Source of the DNA: Nanobdellati archaeon
Lineage (GTDB): Archaea > EX4484-52 > GLR71
Length of the DNA: 64,000 nucleotides
Assembly (NCBI GenBank): GCA_019429005.1
Contig: JAHYJR010000004.1
Coordinates: forward strand, 1 to 64,000
Reading direction: 5' to 3'
Shown piece after piece: positions 48,131 through 58,137 of this stretch. The notes under the pieces are model-generated. The model made no database searches and was not told the origin of the DNA. It saw only the letters and a program-made list of their open reading frames with translations. Numbering within the stretch: the stretch's first letter is position 1; every line of letters begins with the position of its first letter. The translations under genes and the position numbers were made by a program.

Positions 48131-50014
48131 TTATGTCTTTGTAAGGCTTATAGCGTCAAGATTATGTGGTGCAATAGTTTCACATTTTAGAGTCTTATGA
48201 AGATATCGTGTAAAATCAACTATCTTTTTTGCTTCACCATGATTTAAAATAATTCTTTCAGGTCTTGTCTTAAGATGATTTATATAGCTCATCAATTGTG
48301 AACGATCTGAATGAGCACCAAAACCTAAAGCATTTGCAATCTCTAAATTTATGTGTGTGTTAACACGTTTATCATCTTGTGTTGAACTAAGAGGTATTTC
48401 TTTCCAACCCATCTGAATATGTCGTCCAAGAGTACCCTCTGCTTGATAACCAACAAATATAAGTGCATTAAGTGGATCTGCTGCAAGATGTCTCAAGTAT
48501 TCAATTACAGGACCACCATTAAGCATACCAGATGTGGTTAAAATCACACAAGGTTCTCCATCTATAACATTTTTACGTTCTTGAGCACCACCAATGCGCT
48601 TAAAGATCTCAGAAACAAACGGATTATTCATATGATGAAATATTTGTTTTTGTAAAGATTCACTTAAAAATTCGGGATAAGTTGTATGTATCGCTGTAGC
48701 ATCCCAAATCATACCATCAAGATAAATAGGGACATTAAGTTCACCACTCCTTGCTTTCTCTGCAAAGAAAACCATCAATTCTTGTGCACGTCCAACTGCA
48801 AAAGAAGGTATTATAACTTTACCGCGTCTTTTCATTACTTTAGTTATAGTATTAATAAGAACCTTTTCAGCATCAAATTTGTTTGGTGTCATATCTTTTG
48901 AACCACAATAGGTACTTTCCATAACTAAAGTCTCAACTCTTTGGAAATTTGTGCTTGCAACATCAAAAAGTCTACTTTTACCATACTTGAAATCACCAGT
49001 ATAAAGAATATTATGTAAACCTTCACCAACATGAAGATGTACAAGAGACGAACCTAAGATATGACCTGCATTCTGAAGAGTTAGTCTCATATCTGGTGTA
49101 ATATCACAAACAGAACCATAATTGAGAGTTATTGTATGTTTTATTGCACTCTTTACACCACGACTTGTATAAGGTGCACCACCAGTTTCATTCTGCATTA
49201 ACTTGATATATTCAAGTTGTTGTAAAACCATAATATCTCTTGTAGGGGGAGTTAAGTAAATTGGACCCTCATAACCATATTCATAAAGATATGGTAAGAA
49301 ACCCATATGATCCATATGAGCATGACTTATAACAATAGCATCAAGGTCTTCAATATTAAACTCAGGTGCTTCAAGGTATGCATTTTTCTGAGACGAACTT
49401 GGATTTATACCACAATCAAGGAGCACTCTTGTTTTTTTAGTCTGTAAAAGTAATGCTGAACGACCTACTTCTCTTGCAGAACCCAAAAAAGACATACGCA
49501 CCCAACCATCTTTACTGCCTTTATTTAATTGTATCTGTTCACCTATACGATTTAAAAAATTATGCCGATATTTTGTTTCAGAATGAATGATATCACGAAT
49601 CTTATCAACTAGTTTAGATTCAAACATAGGCACTCGTTTTGTTTCAGGTACCCAACAAACATCTTCTTTTATCTTATTAAGTGTTACACCATATTTACCT
49701 ATAACCAGTCCTGGTTTTTTTGCATAAATTATAACTTTACTAAATTCTGGCTCAAACCTGATATCTTCAACACCAGCTTCTTTAGGTATTATTTCTAAAA
49801 TTAACTTTTTAGCAGATTCTTCATCTAAGCGAATTTGTTTATCTGGTCTTATTTCTATTCTTTTTTTGTACTCTTTTACAAGAGGTTTTACTGCATCTGC
49901 ACCATTTATAAAAAAACTTTTACTTTTAGTATAAAAGATGATATCAGAGCCTTCAAAAAACTCCCCTGTAATCATTGAACCCGGAGGCAATTTACTTTTC
50001 AAATCTAATGCCAT
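48131..50014 (-). CDS. Beta-CASP ribonuclease aCPSF1 / transcription termination factor FttA
   Basis: N-terminal KH domains (KPGLVIGK), EVGRS, HAHMDH, AGHILGS, GYQAEGTLGR, AHSD. Confidence 0.97.
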   Translation of the reverse strand: MALDLKSKLPPGSMITGEFFEGSDIIFYTKSKSFFINGADAVKPLVKEYKKRIEIRPDKQIRLDEESAKKLILEIIPKEAGVEDIRFEPEFSKVIIYAKKPGLVIGKYGVTLNKIKEDVCWVPETKRVPMFESKLVDKIRDIIHSETKYRHNFLNRIGEQIQLNKGSKDGWVRMSFLGSAREVGRSALLLQTKKTRVLLDCGINPSSSQKNAYLEAPEFNIEDLDAIVISHAHMDHMGFLPYLYEYGYEGPIYLTPPTRDIMVLQQLEYIKLMQNETGGAPYTSRGVKSAIKHTITLNYGSVCDITPDMRLTLQNAGHILGSSLVHLHVGEGLHNILYTGDFKYGKSRLFDVASTNFQRVETLVMESTYCGSKDMTPNKFDAEKVLINTITKVMKRRGKVIIPSFAVGRAQELMVFFAEKARSGELNVPIYLDGMIWDATAIHTTYPEFLSESLQKQIFHHMNNPFVSEIFKRIGGAQERKNVIDGEPCVILTTSGMLNGGPVIEYLRHLAADPLNALIFVGYQAEGTLGRHIQMGWKEIPLSSTQDDKRVNTHINLEIANALGFGAHSDRSQLMSYINHLKTRPERIILNHGEAKKIVDFTRYLHKTLKCETIAPHNLDAISLTKT

Positions 50015-50109
50015 GCAATCACTAAAAATTTATAATGTATACACATACCTTACAATATTAAAAGAACTATAAAATATTAAAAAAAAGTTAAGTAGATTAT
50101 ATAGATAAT

Positions 50110-50763
50110 TTACTTAAACTGTTTCTTGCTTGCTAATTTTTTTGAAACTATTGATCTAATAACATCTTCAGTTAACCATTCAAATTTATCTTTTGAAATA
50201 ATTGCAATATTGAATAGTTCGCCACCAGATGCCATATCTCTTTCTCGTGCAGCCATAAGTGCACGTATTATAAGATCAACAGACTCATCTTGTGTCATAT
50301 TTTTATTATAATTATCTTCAAGAACACCAACTGCAACCAAAGATCCAGATCCGGTAAATGTATAATCTCCAGATTCTTCTAGACCTCCAGCCAAATCAAT
50401 TGAATATGTATGAGGACCTCTCTTATCATACCCAGATACAATTAGTTGTACCATTTCAGGAGCATAACTTTTATAAGCTGATCTCAAAATTGTTGATAAA
50501 AGCATTGTAGCTGTTCTTAATGTAACTTCACCTTCTTGCATCTTATAAATCTTAAGTTCTGCAGAAAGTAATCTTGCAAGCGCTTGTCCGTCAGCAGCAG
50601 TACCAGCAATTGTCATTGCGATAGTATCTGAAACCTGAAACACTTTCTTCATATTTTTTGAAGAAATGAGATAACCCATACTTGATTTTTGGTCTGCACC
50701 AATTACGACAAAATCCTTGCCTAATAATGATAAAGTTGTTGTACCTGTTTTAACTTTTTCCAT
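50110..50763 (-). CDS. psmB: Proteasome subunit beta
   Basis: KTG|TTT autoprocessing site, GSGS, RD.ASG; conserved neighbour of aCPSF1. Confidence 0.96.
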   Translation of the reverse strand: MEKVKTGTTTLSLLGKDFVVIGADQKSSMGYLISSKNMKKVFQVSDTIAMTIAGTAADGQALARLLSAELKIYKMQEGEVTLRTATMLLSTILRSAYKSYAPEMVQLIVSGYDKRGPHTYSIDLAGGLEESGDYTFTGSGSLVAVGVLEDNYNKNMTQDESVDLIIRALMAARERDMASGGELFNIAIISKDKFEWLTEDVIRSIVSKKLASKKQFK

Positions 50764-50838
50764 AAATTCACCTGAATTACTAGATTCAAAGATAGAAACA
50801 ATATATTTGTATAACTTGATTAATCTTTATATGTGTTT

Positions 50839-51336
50839 CTATTTCTTTGCTTTTTTTGAATAAAATTTAGTTTCTGAACCACAAAAACCGCAAATATCTC
50901 TATCGTTTATTTTTCCGCATGCCGTACAACGTTTTTTCCAGATAAGAGTCTTTTTTATACCTTCTTGAGACACTGGAAGAAAATCGATATCAAGCAATTT
51001 TGCAACATTCTGTATACCATAATCATCACTCACAACACTACAATTCTTGTCTTTTGACTTAAATTGAAGAGCAAGAGCAATAACTTTAATATCCGTAACA
51101 GATAATTTATCCCCTGTTTTTTTAACTGTTTCTTTTATTTTAGTTATATGAGATATATCAGGTTCAATAACTGTGAGACCTGCTTTAACAAACATATCAA
51201 GCATAATTTTTGCATTTGGATTTATAAGTTCTTCAATAACATCATAAACAGTTACACAAGCATAATCCATAAACTGAGATGCATAGTTTTCAATGAAAAC
51301 GGTACTATCAAGAATATAGATTATGTCATCGCGCAT
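50839..51336 (-). CDS. nob1: Nob1 PIN endonuclease
   Basis: ILDST, LSVTD..VIALA, SDDYGIQNVA, C-terminal Zn ribbon CTACG..CGFCG. Confidence 0.93.
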   Translation of the reverse strand: MRDDIIYILDSTVFIENYASQFMDYACVTVYDVIEELINPNAKIMLDMFVKAGLTVIEPDISHITKIKETVKKTGDKLSVTDIKVIALALQFKSKDKNCSVVSDDYGIQNVAKLLDIDFLPVSQEGIKKTLIWKKRCTACGKINDRDICGFCGSETKFYSKKAKK

Positions 51337-51449
51337 AAAATTAAATAGAGTTCTAATCTTAAAAAGTTAACTGAGATTTGATTTAAAAAATAAAAAAAAT
51401 TATATTTATATACAAATACATCCAATATTAAATAGAATAAGGTTATATT

Positions 51450-51653
51450 ATGGCTGAACTTCCAATTGCACCGTTTGAACGTATATTACGAAATGCTAAT
51501 GCTGAAAGGGTCTCAGATGATGCCGCGAAGGCTCTTGCTGAGGTCGCAGAAGATATTGCTGAAGACCTAGCCAGAGATATTGTGAAAGTCGCAAAACATG
51601 CAGGTCGAAAGACAATTAAAATAGAAGATGTTGAATTTGTAGCAGAAGATTAA
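51450..51653 (+). CDS. Archaeal histone (HMf family)
   Basis: MAELPIAP..RI, AERVS, AKHAGRKTIK.ED. Confidence 0.97.
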   Translation: MAELPIAPFERILRNANAERVSDDAAKALAEVAEDIAEDLARDIVKVAKHAGRKTIKIEDVEFVAED

Positions 51654-51674
51654 TCTTAAAAAAAGTATACAAAA

Positions 51675-52274
51675 TTAAATCTTTAATTTCTTAAAATCAA
51701 TATAGTTTTTTAAGGCATCAAAAACTATTTTATTACATTCACTAGGCTTAAGACCTGTAGTATCTACAATCAATGTGTATATTGATAGATCAAACAGATT
51801 TATATTGTAAAGATTTTTGTATGTTTTAGCATCATTACGATCACGTTTTATAGTTAATAATTTTGATTTATCTATAGAGATATTTTCCCTACCAGAAATC
51901 CGTAAATAACGTTCATCATCAGGAGCGGTTATAAATATCCTTATATCAGCATAAGACCCTGCCACCCAACTTGTCACCCTACCATCTAAGATACAACCAC
52001 CTTTTGAAGCAAGTAGAAGAACTTTCGTATCAACCATTAGCTGAAGTTCATCATGTTTACTTAAAGTAAAATTAAGAAGCGACTTATTACTTTTTTTAGC
52101 CTCATCACGTATGATAGTTCCGGGTGAAAAATAATTAAGATTTAATTTTTCGGCAAGAAACTTGGATACTGTTGTCTTTCCAGAACCAGAAAGACCAGAC
52201 ACAGTTATTGTTAAGCCAGTCTTCTTAGATTTAGGTGGTATAAGTTTCTTAAATTTAGATATAAAAGAGGACAT
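51675..52274 (-). CDS. cmk: Cytidylate kinase (archaeal type)
   Basis: ITVSGLSGSGKTT, DGR..W, RISGRE, Y..LY.I...D.SIY. Confidence 0.9.
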   Translation of the reverse strand: MSSFISKFKKLIPPKSKKTGLTITVSGLSGSGKTTVSKFLAEKLNLNYFSPGTIIRDEAKKSNKSLLNFTLSKHDELQLMVDTKVLLLASKGGCILDGRVTSWVAGSYADIRIFITAPDDERYLRISGRENISIDKSKLLTIKRDRNDAKTYKNLYNINLFDLSIYTLIVDTTGLKPSECNKIVFDALKNYIDFKKLKI

Positions 52275-52337
52275 GATAAAATATTGATTGTAATCTTATA
52301 AATAGCTAATTAGTTATCTATTGATTAAGATTATACA

Positions 52338-53513
52338 TCAATTCAACAAAGCTATAATATATGGTAATGCAACAAAACTACCTATAGATGAACCAAGATT
52401 TACAAGAGCTGCAACTAAAACAATTCTAGATATACCGTTACCCCAAAATGCTTTAATTGAATCAATCTTTTTAAGATTATTGAAATCTTTGACTTTAGGT
52501 TCACGATATTTTACTTCAACTAATCCAGCAATCCAACCTGCACCAATTGCAGGGTTAAGACTTGTAAATGGTGAAACCACCATAGCTGCAATGATTGTGA
52601 AAGGATGTGCCATAGCAATAACAGCACCAAGACCTGCAAAAAAGGCATTTATTATAAACCATTTTTCAATAACAGCATACACCATAGTTGAATTACCAGA
52701 TGATATAGATAAACCCAATAAAATTATAAAAATAATAGGTATTAAATAACCTATATATTTTGTTAAAATACTTTTTTTAGGTATAACTAAATAGTCTTTA
52801 GGTATATTGATTACTTTTTTTGTTTTTTTTGATTTCAAAAGTATTGACTTTATTCCATTAATATGTCCCGCACCAACCACTACAACGATTTTTTTAGCAT
52901 CAAGTAAAAGTATCTGGTTTGCCATATACTGATCCCGTTCATCAATAAGCACTCTTTTGATTGTTGGTGCTTGTTTTGAAACTTCATTCATAACTTCAGA
53001 AAGCATATCACTACCTTTAAGTTTCTCAATAAATTCCTCATCAAGTGAATCAGACTCAAAGATACCTGCAAAAATACCAGCAAAAAGTTTAGCTTTTTCT
53101 GTTAATGATAAGAGACCCCAAGTTCGTTTCAAAGTTACTTGTACGTCACGGTCTATAAGTTCAAAAGGAATATTATTTTTTCGTGCAATATTAATAGCTT
53201 CTACCATTTCAGAACCTGGAGCTACATTTACATTTTTTCCCAATTTTCGCTCAAAACTAGATAAAATCATATTTGATAAAAATAACCAACTTTTACCATC
53301 TTTAATTATTTTTGTTATTTTAGAATTTTCCCATTTATCCTTGTTAAAAATAGAATGATATCTATCTTCACACAATTCAACACAGACATGTTCTGGAGTT
53401 TCTGAAATAATTGTTTCTTTTACTAGATCAACACTTTTTTGAGATATATGTGCAGTACCTACAAGAATTACTTCTTTTCCAAGAACTTTGATTTTCTCAA
53501 CATTTTCAACCAT
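52338..53513 (-). CDS. TraB/PrgY/GumN family protein with C-terminal membrane domain
   Basis: LVGTAHIS, VELC..R, PGSEM, IDRD...TL.R, DERD.YMA, VVGAGH. Confidence 0.93.
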   Translation of the reverse strand: MVENVEKIKVLGKEVILVGTAHISQKSVDLVKETIISETPEHVCVELCEDRYHSIFNKDKWENSKITKIIKDGKSWLFLSNMILSSFERKLGKNVNVAPGSEMVEAINIARKNNIPFELIDRDVQVTLKRTWGLLSLTEKAKLFAGIFAGIFESDSLDEEFIEKLKGSDMLSEVMNEVSKQAPTIKRVLIDERDQYMANQILLLDAKKIVVVVGAGHINGIKSILLKSKKTKKVINIPKDYLVIPKKSILTKYIGYLIPIIFIILLGLSISSGNSTMVYAVIEKWFIINAFFAGLGAVIAMAHPFTIIAAMVVSPFTSLNPAIGAGWIAGLVEVKYREPKVKDFNNLKKIDSIKAFWGNGISRIVLVAALVNLGSSIGSFVALPYIIALLN

Positions 53514-53601
53514 ATTGAGCTATTATGTGTAGAAGCTTTTTTATATGTTGAGTACAATCTTAAAAAAATTTTAAAAAAATAAAAAAGAAGTGATATTTAA
53601 A

Positions 53602-54036
53602 TCACTCTTTTGCTTCAGATTTTGAATCAGCAGATTCATCTTTAGTTTCTTCAGGAGCAATACCTAAAAGTTCTTCCAAAGATTTTGTACCTGCTTTTGA
53701 AATAGACACATTAACTTGAGCAACATCTTCAGAAATTGTGTTACCCCTTATCATCTTTCGTCTTTTAACACCTTTACCTATAGGTTTATATCCAAGACCG
53801 CCTGCAAGATAAATTCTTTTTCTTACAGAGCCCATAACATCTTTACGCATAGGTGTTCCTGCGTTATCTGAACCACCTCTTATAACAAGAGTATAACCTA
53901 TAAGTCCAAGTAAAGCACCATCAATAGTATCATCAATTTTTTTACCAATAAAAGGTTTAAAAACAACTTTATCTTCAATTTCTTTTTGATAAGACTTTCC
54001 TGTCTTTGGATTATTAATAACAAATTTAAAAACCAT
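53602..54036 (-). CDS. rps6e: 30S ribosomal protein eS6
   Basis: GKSYQ.E, IRGGSD.AG.PMR, G.KRRK.IRGN. Confidence 0.97.
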   Translation of the reverse strand: MVFKFVINNPKTGKSYQKEIEDKVVFKPFIGKKIDDTIDGALLGLIGYTLVIRGGSDNAGTPMRKDVMGSVRKRIYLAGGLGYKPIGKGVKRRKMIRGNTISEDVAQVNVSISKAGTKSLEELLGIAPEETKDESADSKSEAKE

Positions 54037-54051
54037 AACAATCACTTAATT

Positions 54052-54636
54052 TTATTTACCCCTATTCTTGTTTGCTCTAAGACTTGGTCTCATCTTTTCA
54101 ACACCAATACCTTTAGACCTTACAAGACCTCTTGATTTCTTACCTGCAGATGTAAGCCCTCTAAACACTCTTCCAGTGTTTGCAGGTCCACAAATCCATC
54201 CTAACGTACGATCAGACTGTATAGCTGGGTGATTCTTATCAAGAAGAATTGCTTCATACCATAGATGTTGTCCATCTTCAGAAACAAAATATGAATTTAA
54301 AAGTTCAAGATTTGGATATTTTTTTGCTACACGTTCTTCTGCAATTAATTGTCTTGATTTCTTAGGTGTAAATCTCTTAAGACCAGATCTTTTAGGTCTT
54401 CTACCTGCTAGATCATGAGCTCGCTCTCGACCACCTTTAGGCACACGCACTCTTGCCATAACAATACCTTGTTTAGCTTTGTATCCAAGAGTTCTAGCTT
54501 TATCTATCCTAGTTGGTTTTTCCACCCTTAGAACAGCAGGCTCACGCCTAAATTTAATTAATCTCTGCTGCCATAAAGCACCAAGATTTTTTTTTGGTTG
54601 TTTCCATGTTTCATTTATATATTTATAAAGTCCCAT
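54052..54636 (-). CDS. rpl15e: 50S ribosomal protein eL15
   Basis: MGLYKY, PTR.DKAR.LGYKAKQG, IAEER, GRVFRGLTSAG; GGAGG RBS before ATG 54636. Confidence 0.98.
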   Translation of the reverse strand: MGLYKYINETWKQPKKNLGALWQQRLIKFRREPAVLRVEKPTRIDKARTLGYKAKQGIVMARVRVPKGGRERAHDLAGRRPKRSGLKRFTPKKSRQLIAEERVAKKYPNLELLNSYFVSEDGQHLWYEAILLDKNHPAIQSDRTLGWICGPANTGRVFRGLTSAGKKSRGLVRSKGIGVEKMRPSLRANKNRGK

Positions 54637-54730
54637 CAAATTCGCCTCCATTTTTACGAATCTAATCCCGTTCAGCAAACCTTTTTAAAGGCGGCTATAA
54701 GCCATGCCACATACTAGGAGCTTCTCAGAA
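54637..54730 (-). promoter_or_regulatory. Structured 5' leader of rpl15e (candidate eL15 r-leader)
   Basis: GC-enriched segment with hairpins GGCT-TAT-AGCC and CCTTT-AA-AAAGG between an upstream TATA-like element and the RBS. Confidence 0.5.
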
Positions 54731-54865
54731 ATTTGAGAATAACTATTATTTGTTATAATAACAATTTTATAAAGGTTTGGGATAAACCATAGACTTTTAA
54801 TGAAATTAGGTATTACATATTGATAAATAGTAAGATTTATAAAAGATTTCCTTAGTATTACACGC

Positions 54866-55837
54866 ATGCATTCAGACGTTTTAGAGATATTAGGTATGAT
54901 AAAAAGACCTCAAAGAGACGGAGTATTGTATTTATTTCCAGAATATGGACATCTTGAAGAGACACTTATGGATACAGCGTTAATAAAACCGAATACAAAT
55001 ACATCTTCAAGAAATACATATTTCATTAATCCGGAAACAGAATCACATTATATTGCAAAGATTGAAAGGGATGATACTACAGAAGTTAGGCAATGCTTTG
55101 GATACCCACAATTTAATCAATATAATATGACACTTATTGAAATTTGTATAGAAAGAATCTTATCTAAACTAATAAGCTTCGAAGATGACATAACTACAAT
55201 TGAATTTGAAAAACCAATTGGATATTATGCTAATGATAAAATACGAACTGGCTTTTTCAAATATGAAAATAGGCCACAAATTACGTTTGAACAATTAAAA
55301 CCACAATTTCAAGATATGACTCAAAAAATATTAAAACAAAAAAATGTTTTAAACAAGATAATAAATACAATAACATATACTAATGAATATATGCAAGCTA
55401 TTGAAACATATAGACCATACAATTTTCTAGATATGATTACATCTTTGAATTCTATTGAATATAATGATAAAGAAGAATTGATTTTTCAAGATGATAAAAA
55501 ACACACAACGTTTTTCTTTGATTTTGAATTCAGTAATATCAATATACCTACATATGAGATTGAAAAAATAATAGATCAAGATTTAATCGCAATGACGAAA
55601 AATCTTGAAAATATACAAAAATTAAATCAAGCTGGAAACGATATAGATGAACTTGTTTATGTTCGTAAATACATACTGTCTGAATTAGAACAAGCTAGTC
55701 CTATATTAAGCGACAGAGTTAAAACAGTACTTAAAGATACAGGTTATTTCGAAGGACATATTCATACATATGGACCTGGATTTGATATTGTAAAACAGAT
55801 ACCTACATTAAGCCCAGATAGTTTGATTATAGATTAA
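54866..55837 (+). CDS. Hypothetical protein, possible kinase-like fold
   Basis: YIAK and FFDFE resemble APH/choline-kinase motifs; catalytic loop not clear. Confidence 0.5.
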   Translation: MHSDVLEILGMIKRPQRDGVLYLFPEYGHLEETLMDTALIKPNTNTSSRNTYFINPETESHYIAKIERDDTTEVRQCFGYPQFNQYNMTLIEICIERILSKLISFEDDITTIEFEKPIGYYANDKIRTGFFKYENRPQITFEQLKPQFQDMTQKILKQKNVLNKIINTITYTNEYMQAIETYRPYNFLDMITSLNSIEYNDKEELIFQDDKKHTTFFFDFEFSNINIPTYEIEKIIDQDLIAMTKNLENIQKLNQAGNDIDELVYVRKYILSELEQASPILSDRVKTVLKDTGYFEGHIHTYGPGFDIVKQIPTLSPDSLIID

Positions 55838-55964
55838 GACAATTTAAAAAAGACATTTTATACATAATTTTAAACATCACATTTTATCAAACATAACAAA
55901 CATTTTAAAATTTAAAACATCAGTATCTTAATAGTGCTAGATATTTCTAAAATAGTGATGATAA

Positions 55965-56501
55965 ATGAAAATAAATATACAAATTGATACAAATAATGCA
56001 ATTAAAAAAGCACTTGCTGATGATAAAGTAAAAAGTCTTATTGCAGATGATAATAAATTCTTAAGTTCTGCATTCACAACAATTGATACAAACATAAACT
56101 CAATAGATAGTTGGATTATCAATTTGTTTGATAAAGAAACAAAAAATATAACAAGTATACATGTATCATATGATACAATTGATATTAAAGAACCATCACC
56201 AGTTGCAAATCTTAGTGAAATTGAATCAATTGATATTGATAAGATCTTGATAACTTGTGAAAAAGCAATTGAACTTGCAATCGCTGAAAATGAAAAAGTC
56301 AATGGTAAAATTCAAAATAGCAAAATATTTATTACACTACATAATAATCAAGACCATACTCGAGAATGTTGGACTATAAGCTTATTAGGTCTAAATCTTA
56401 ATGCACACATAATTAAAATTGATGCATACGATGGCAAAATATTAAGTTCTAATGTGAAAAATCTTATGGATGGAAGTAAAGTAATTAATACAAAAAAATA
56501 G
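55965..56501 (+). CDS. Hypothetical protein with PepSY-like C-terminus
   Basis: EKAIELA...W.I......IKIDAYDGKIL; GTGA RBS. Confidence 0.65.
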   Translation: MKINIQIDTNNAIKKALADDKVKSLIADDNKFLSSAFTTIDTNINSIDSWIINLFDKETKNITSIHVSYDTIDIKEPSPVANLSEIESIDIDKILITCEKAIELAIAENEKVNGKIQNSKIFITLHNNQDHTRECWTISLLGLNLNAHIIKIDAYDGKILSSNVKNLMDGSKVINTKK

Positions 56502-56517
56502 TTAAAATGTGATATAA

Positions 56518-57426
56518 ATCGAGCCAAAAATAGAATACCACGAAATTCCAAGTGAATATAAGAAAATTGTAAGCTATACCTTTGGCCATGGCAGACCAAA
56601 AGTCTATATACAGGCAGCAATACATAGCAATGAAACTATTGGTTCTATCGTCCTTGAAAAACTTATTACGGAACTTAAAAAAGTTAAAGATATTAAAGGG
56701 ACAATTACAATCGTACCTTTTGCAAACCCACTTAGTCTTGGGAAAAAACATCTTGGACAAAATATAGGTCGTCATGATATTGAAACTATGAAAAATTGGA
56801 ATCGGGGATTTCCAGGAAACAAAAGAGGCGATATTGTTGAAAGACTTTGTTTCGCACTCAATGACATGTTTCACGATGCAGACTATGTATTTGATCTCCA
56901 CAATATGAACGTGTGGAAATCTGTTATATATAGCATTAATACAAAAATAGATGATATAACAAAAAATATGGGTATGAAATACATTGAGATAAGTAACAAT
57001 TCACCAAAAAATTGTCTCAGATATATATGTAATGAAAATGGCACGTGGTGTACAACCTATGAACTTGGAAACCCTTATTTTGTAAACCCTGAAGACTATG
57101 AAGTTATCAAAAATTCAATATTAAGTACACTAACCACAATTGGCTGTATAACTCAATATGAAATTATGAAAAGCCTATATTATTTCAAAAAAGAAGATAA
57201 ACGATCACTTTTCTCAAAAAATAAAGCTTTTGTTTTCCTACCAACACCACCAAAAACGGTTAAAAAAGGTGAATTAATATACAAACAAGTAACAGGAGAA
57301 CAAGAAAAAAATATATATTCAAAAGACCATAACCTACTTTTAAGATCTAAACTTGTACATTTCAGTCCGAAAGATGAAGTTCTTATTGATATGATAAAGA
57401 AGACGAAACTTAACAGGTTGTATTAA
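56518..57426 (+). CDS. Succinylglutamate desuccinylase/aspartoacylase (M14) family protein; apparent ATC start, possibly a pseudogene
   Basis: The frame of ORF 56788 is open back to ATC at 56518 and carries QAAIHSNE and IVPFANP; NWNRGFPG and FDLH follow; GTGAT RBS precedes the ATC. Confidence 0.75.
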   Translation: MEPKIEYHEIPSEYKKIVSYTFGHGRPKVYIQAAIHSNETIGSIVLEKLITELKKVKDIKGTITIVPFANPLSLGKKHLGQNIGRHDIETMKNWNRGFPGNKRGDIVERLCFALNDMFHDADYVFDLHNMNVWKSVIYSINTKIDDITKNMGMKYIEISNNSPKNCLRYICNENGTWCTTYELGNPYFVNPEDYEVIKNSILSTLTTIGCITQYEIMKSLYYFKKEDKRSLFSKNKAFVFLPTPPKTVKKGELIYKQVTGEQEKNIYSKDHNLLLRSKLVHFSPKDEVLIDMIKKTKLNRLY

Positions 57427-57506
57427 ATATAAAAATTTAGTCTTTTATAAGGATATAAAGGTGTTTTTACAAAAGATATATATACGTTACGGTTCTAAAT
57501 TAATGT

Positions 57507-57593
57507 ATGGAAAACACTACAGATGCAAATATGATTTATTCTGGAATCGTTTCTCTATTTCTAATAATGCTAGTAGTTATTCTGGTGCTGTAA
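57507..57593 (+). CDS. 28-aa single-TM small protein
   Basis: MENTTDANMIYSGIVSLFLIMLVVILVL; AAAAGA-TATATATA at leaderless distance. Confidence 0.5.
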   Translation: MENTTDANMIYSGIVSLFLIMLVVILVL

Positions 57594-57769
57594 TTCGCAC
57601 AAGAATTCGTTACATATTTCTGTACATAACAAAAATATAATATTTTTCTGAAATTTCTTGTGCTTTCAAAAGGTAGCTTTAGGTATATAAATTTAAAGGG
57701 TATTAAAACATTATAATTGAAAAAAAATATGGAGATTTTATTAGTATCAAAAATGGTAAAAATGCAATA

Positions 57770-58093
57770 ATGCTTGATTATTACGAATTTGAACTTTTAG
57801 TATCAAAATACCTTGAAATGTTTGAATTTAATAATGAGCCACGTAGATGTGCTTATGACCTTTTGAACTATGATTATAAAATCTGCGAAAATGTGACATA
57901 CCGTGATAGAGAAGCTCTTATGATTATTGAAAAAAATATGAGAAAACGTGGTAATAATGGTATTGTTGAGTCGTTGGGACATGTTACAATTGCAAAAACT
58001 GATTTTGATGATGTGCTTTCGAAACTAGGTTATACTAAAAAAATGGAAATTATTAAACCATCTAAAATATATCAGATAGGAATTGAACCATGA
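57770..58093 (+). CDS. Hypothetical protein
   Basis: 107-aa ORF, no motif. Confidence 0.5.
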   Translation: MLDYYEFELLVSKYLEMFEFNNEPRRCAYDLLNYDYKICENVTYRDREALMIIEKNMRKRGNNGIVESLGHVTIAKTDFDDVLSKLGYTKKMEIIKPSKIYQIGIEP

Positions 58094-58137
58094 AAACAAA
58101 ATAACAATTTTTAACTTTATCAGCACAATATCTTATA

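Noticed and set aside
52338-53513. Conjugation gene (TraB name)
   Set aside because: TraB/PrgY/GumN family is a common chromosomal archaeal protein; no T4SS or relaxase genes nearby
54637-54678. N-terminal extension of eL15 (ORF-track start 54678)
   Set aside because: The family starts at MGLYKY and a GGAGG RBS precedes ATG 54636; the upstream region is better read as leader RNA
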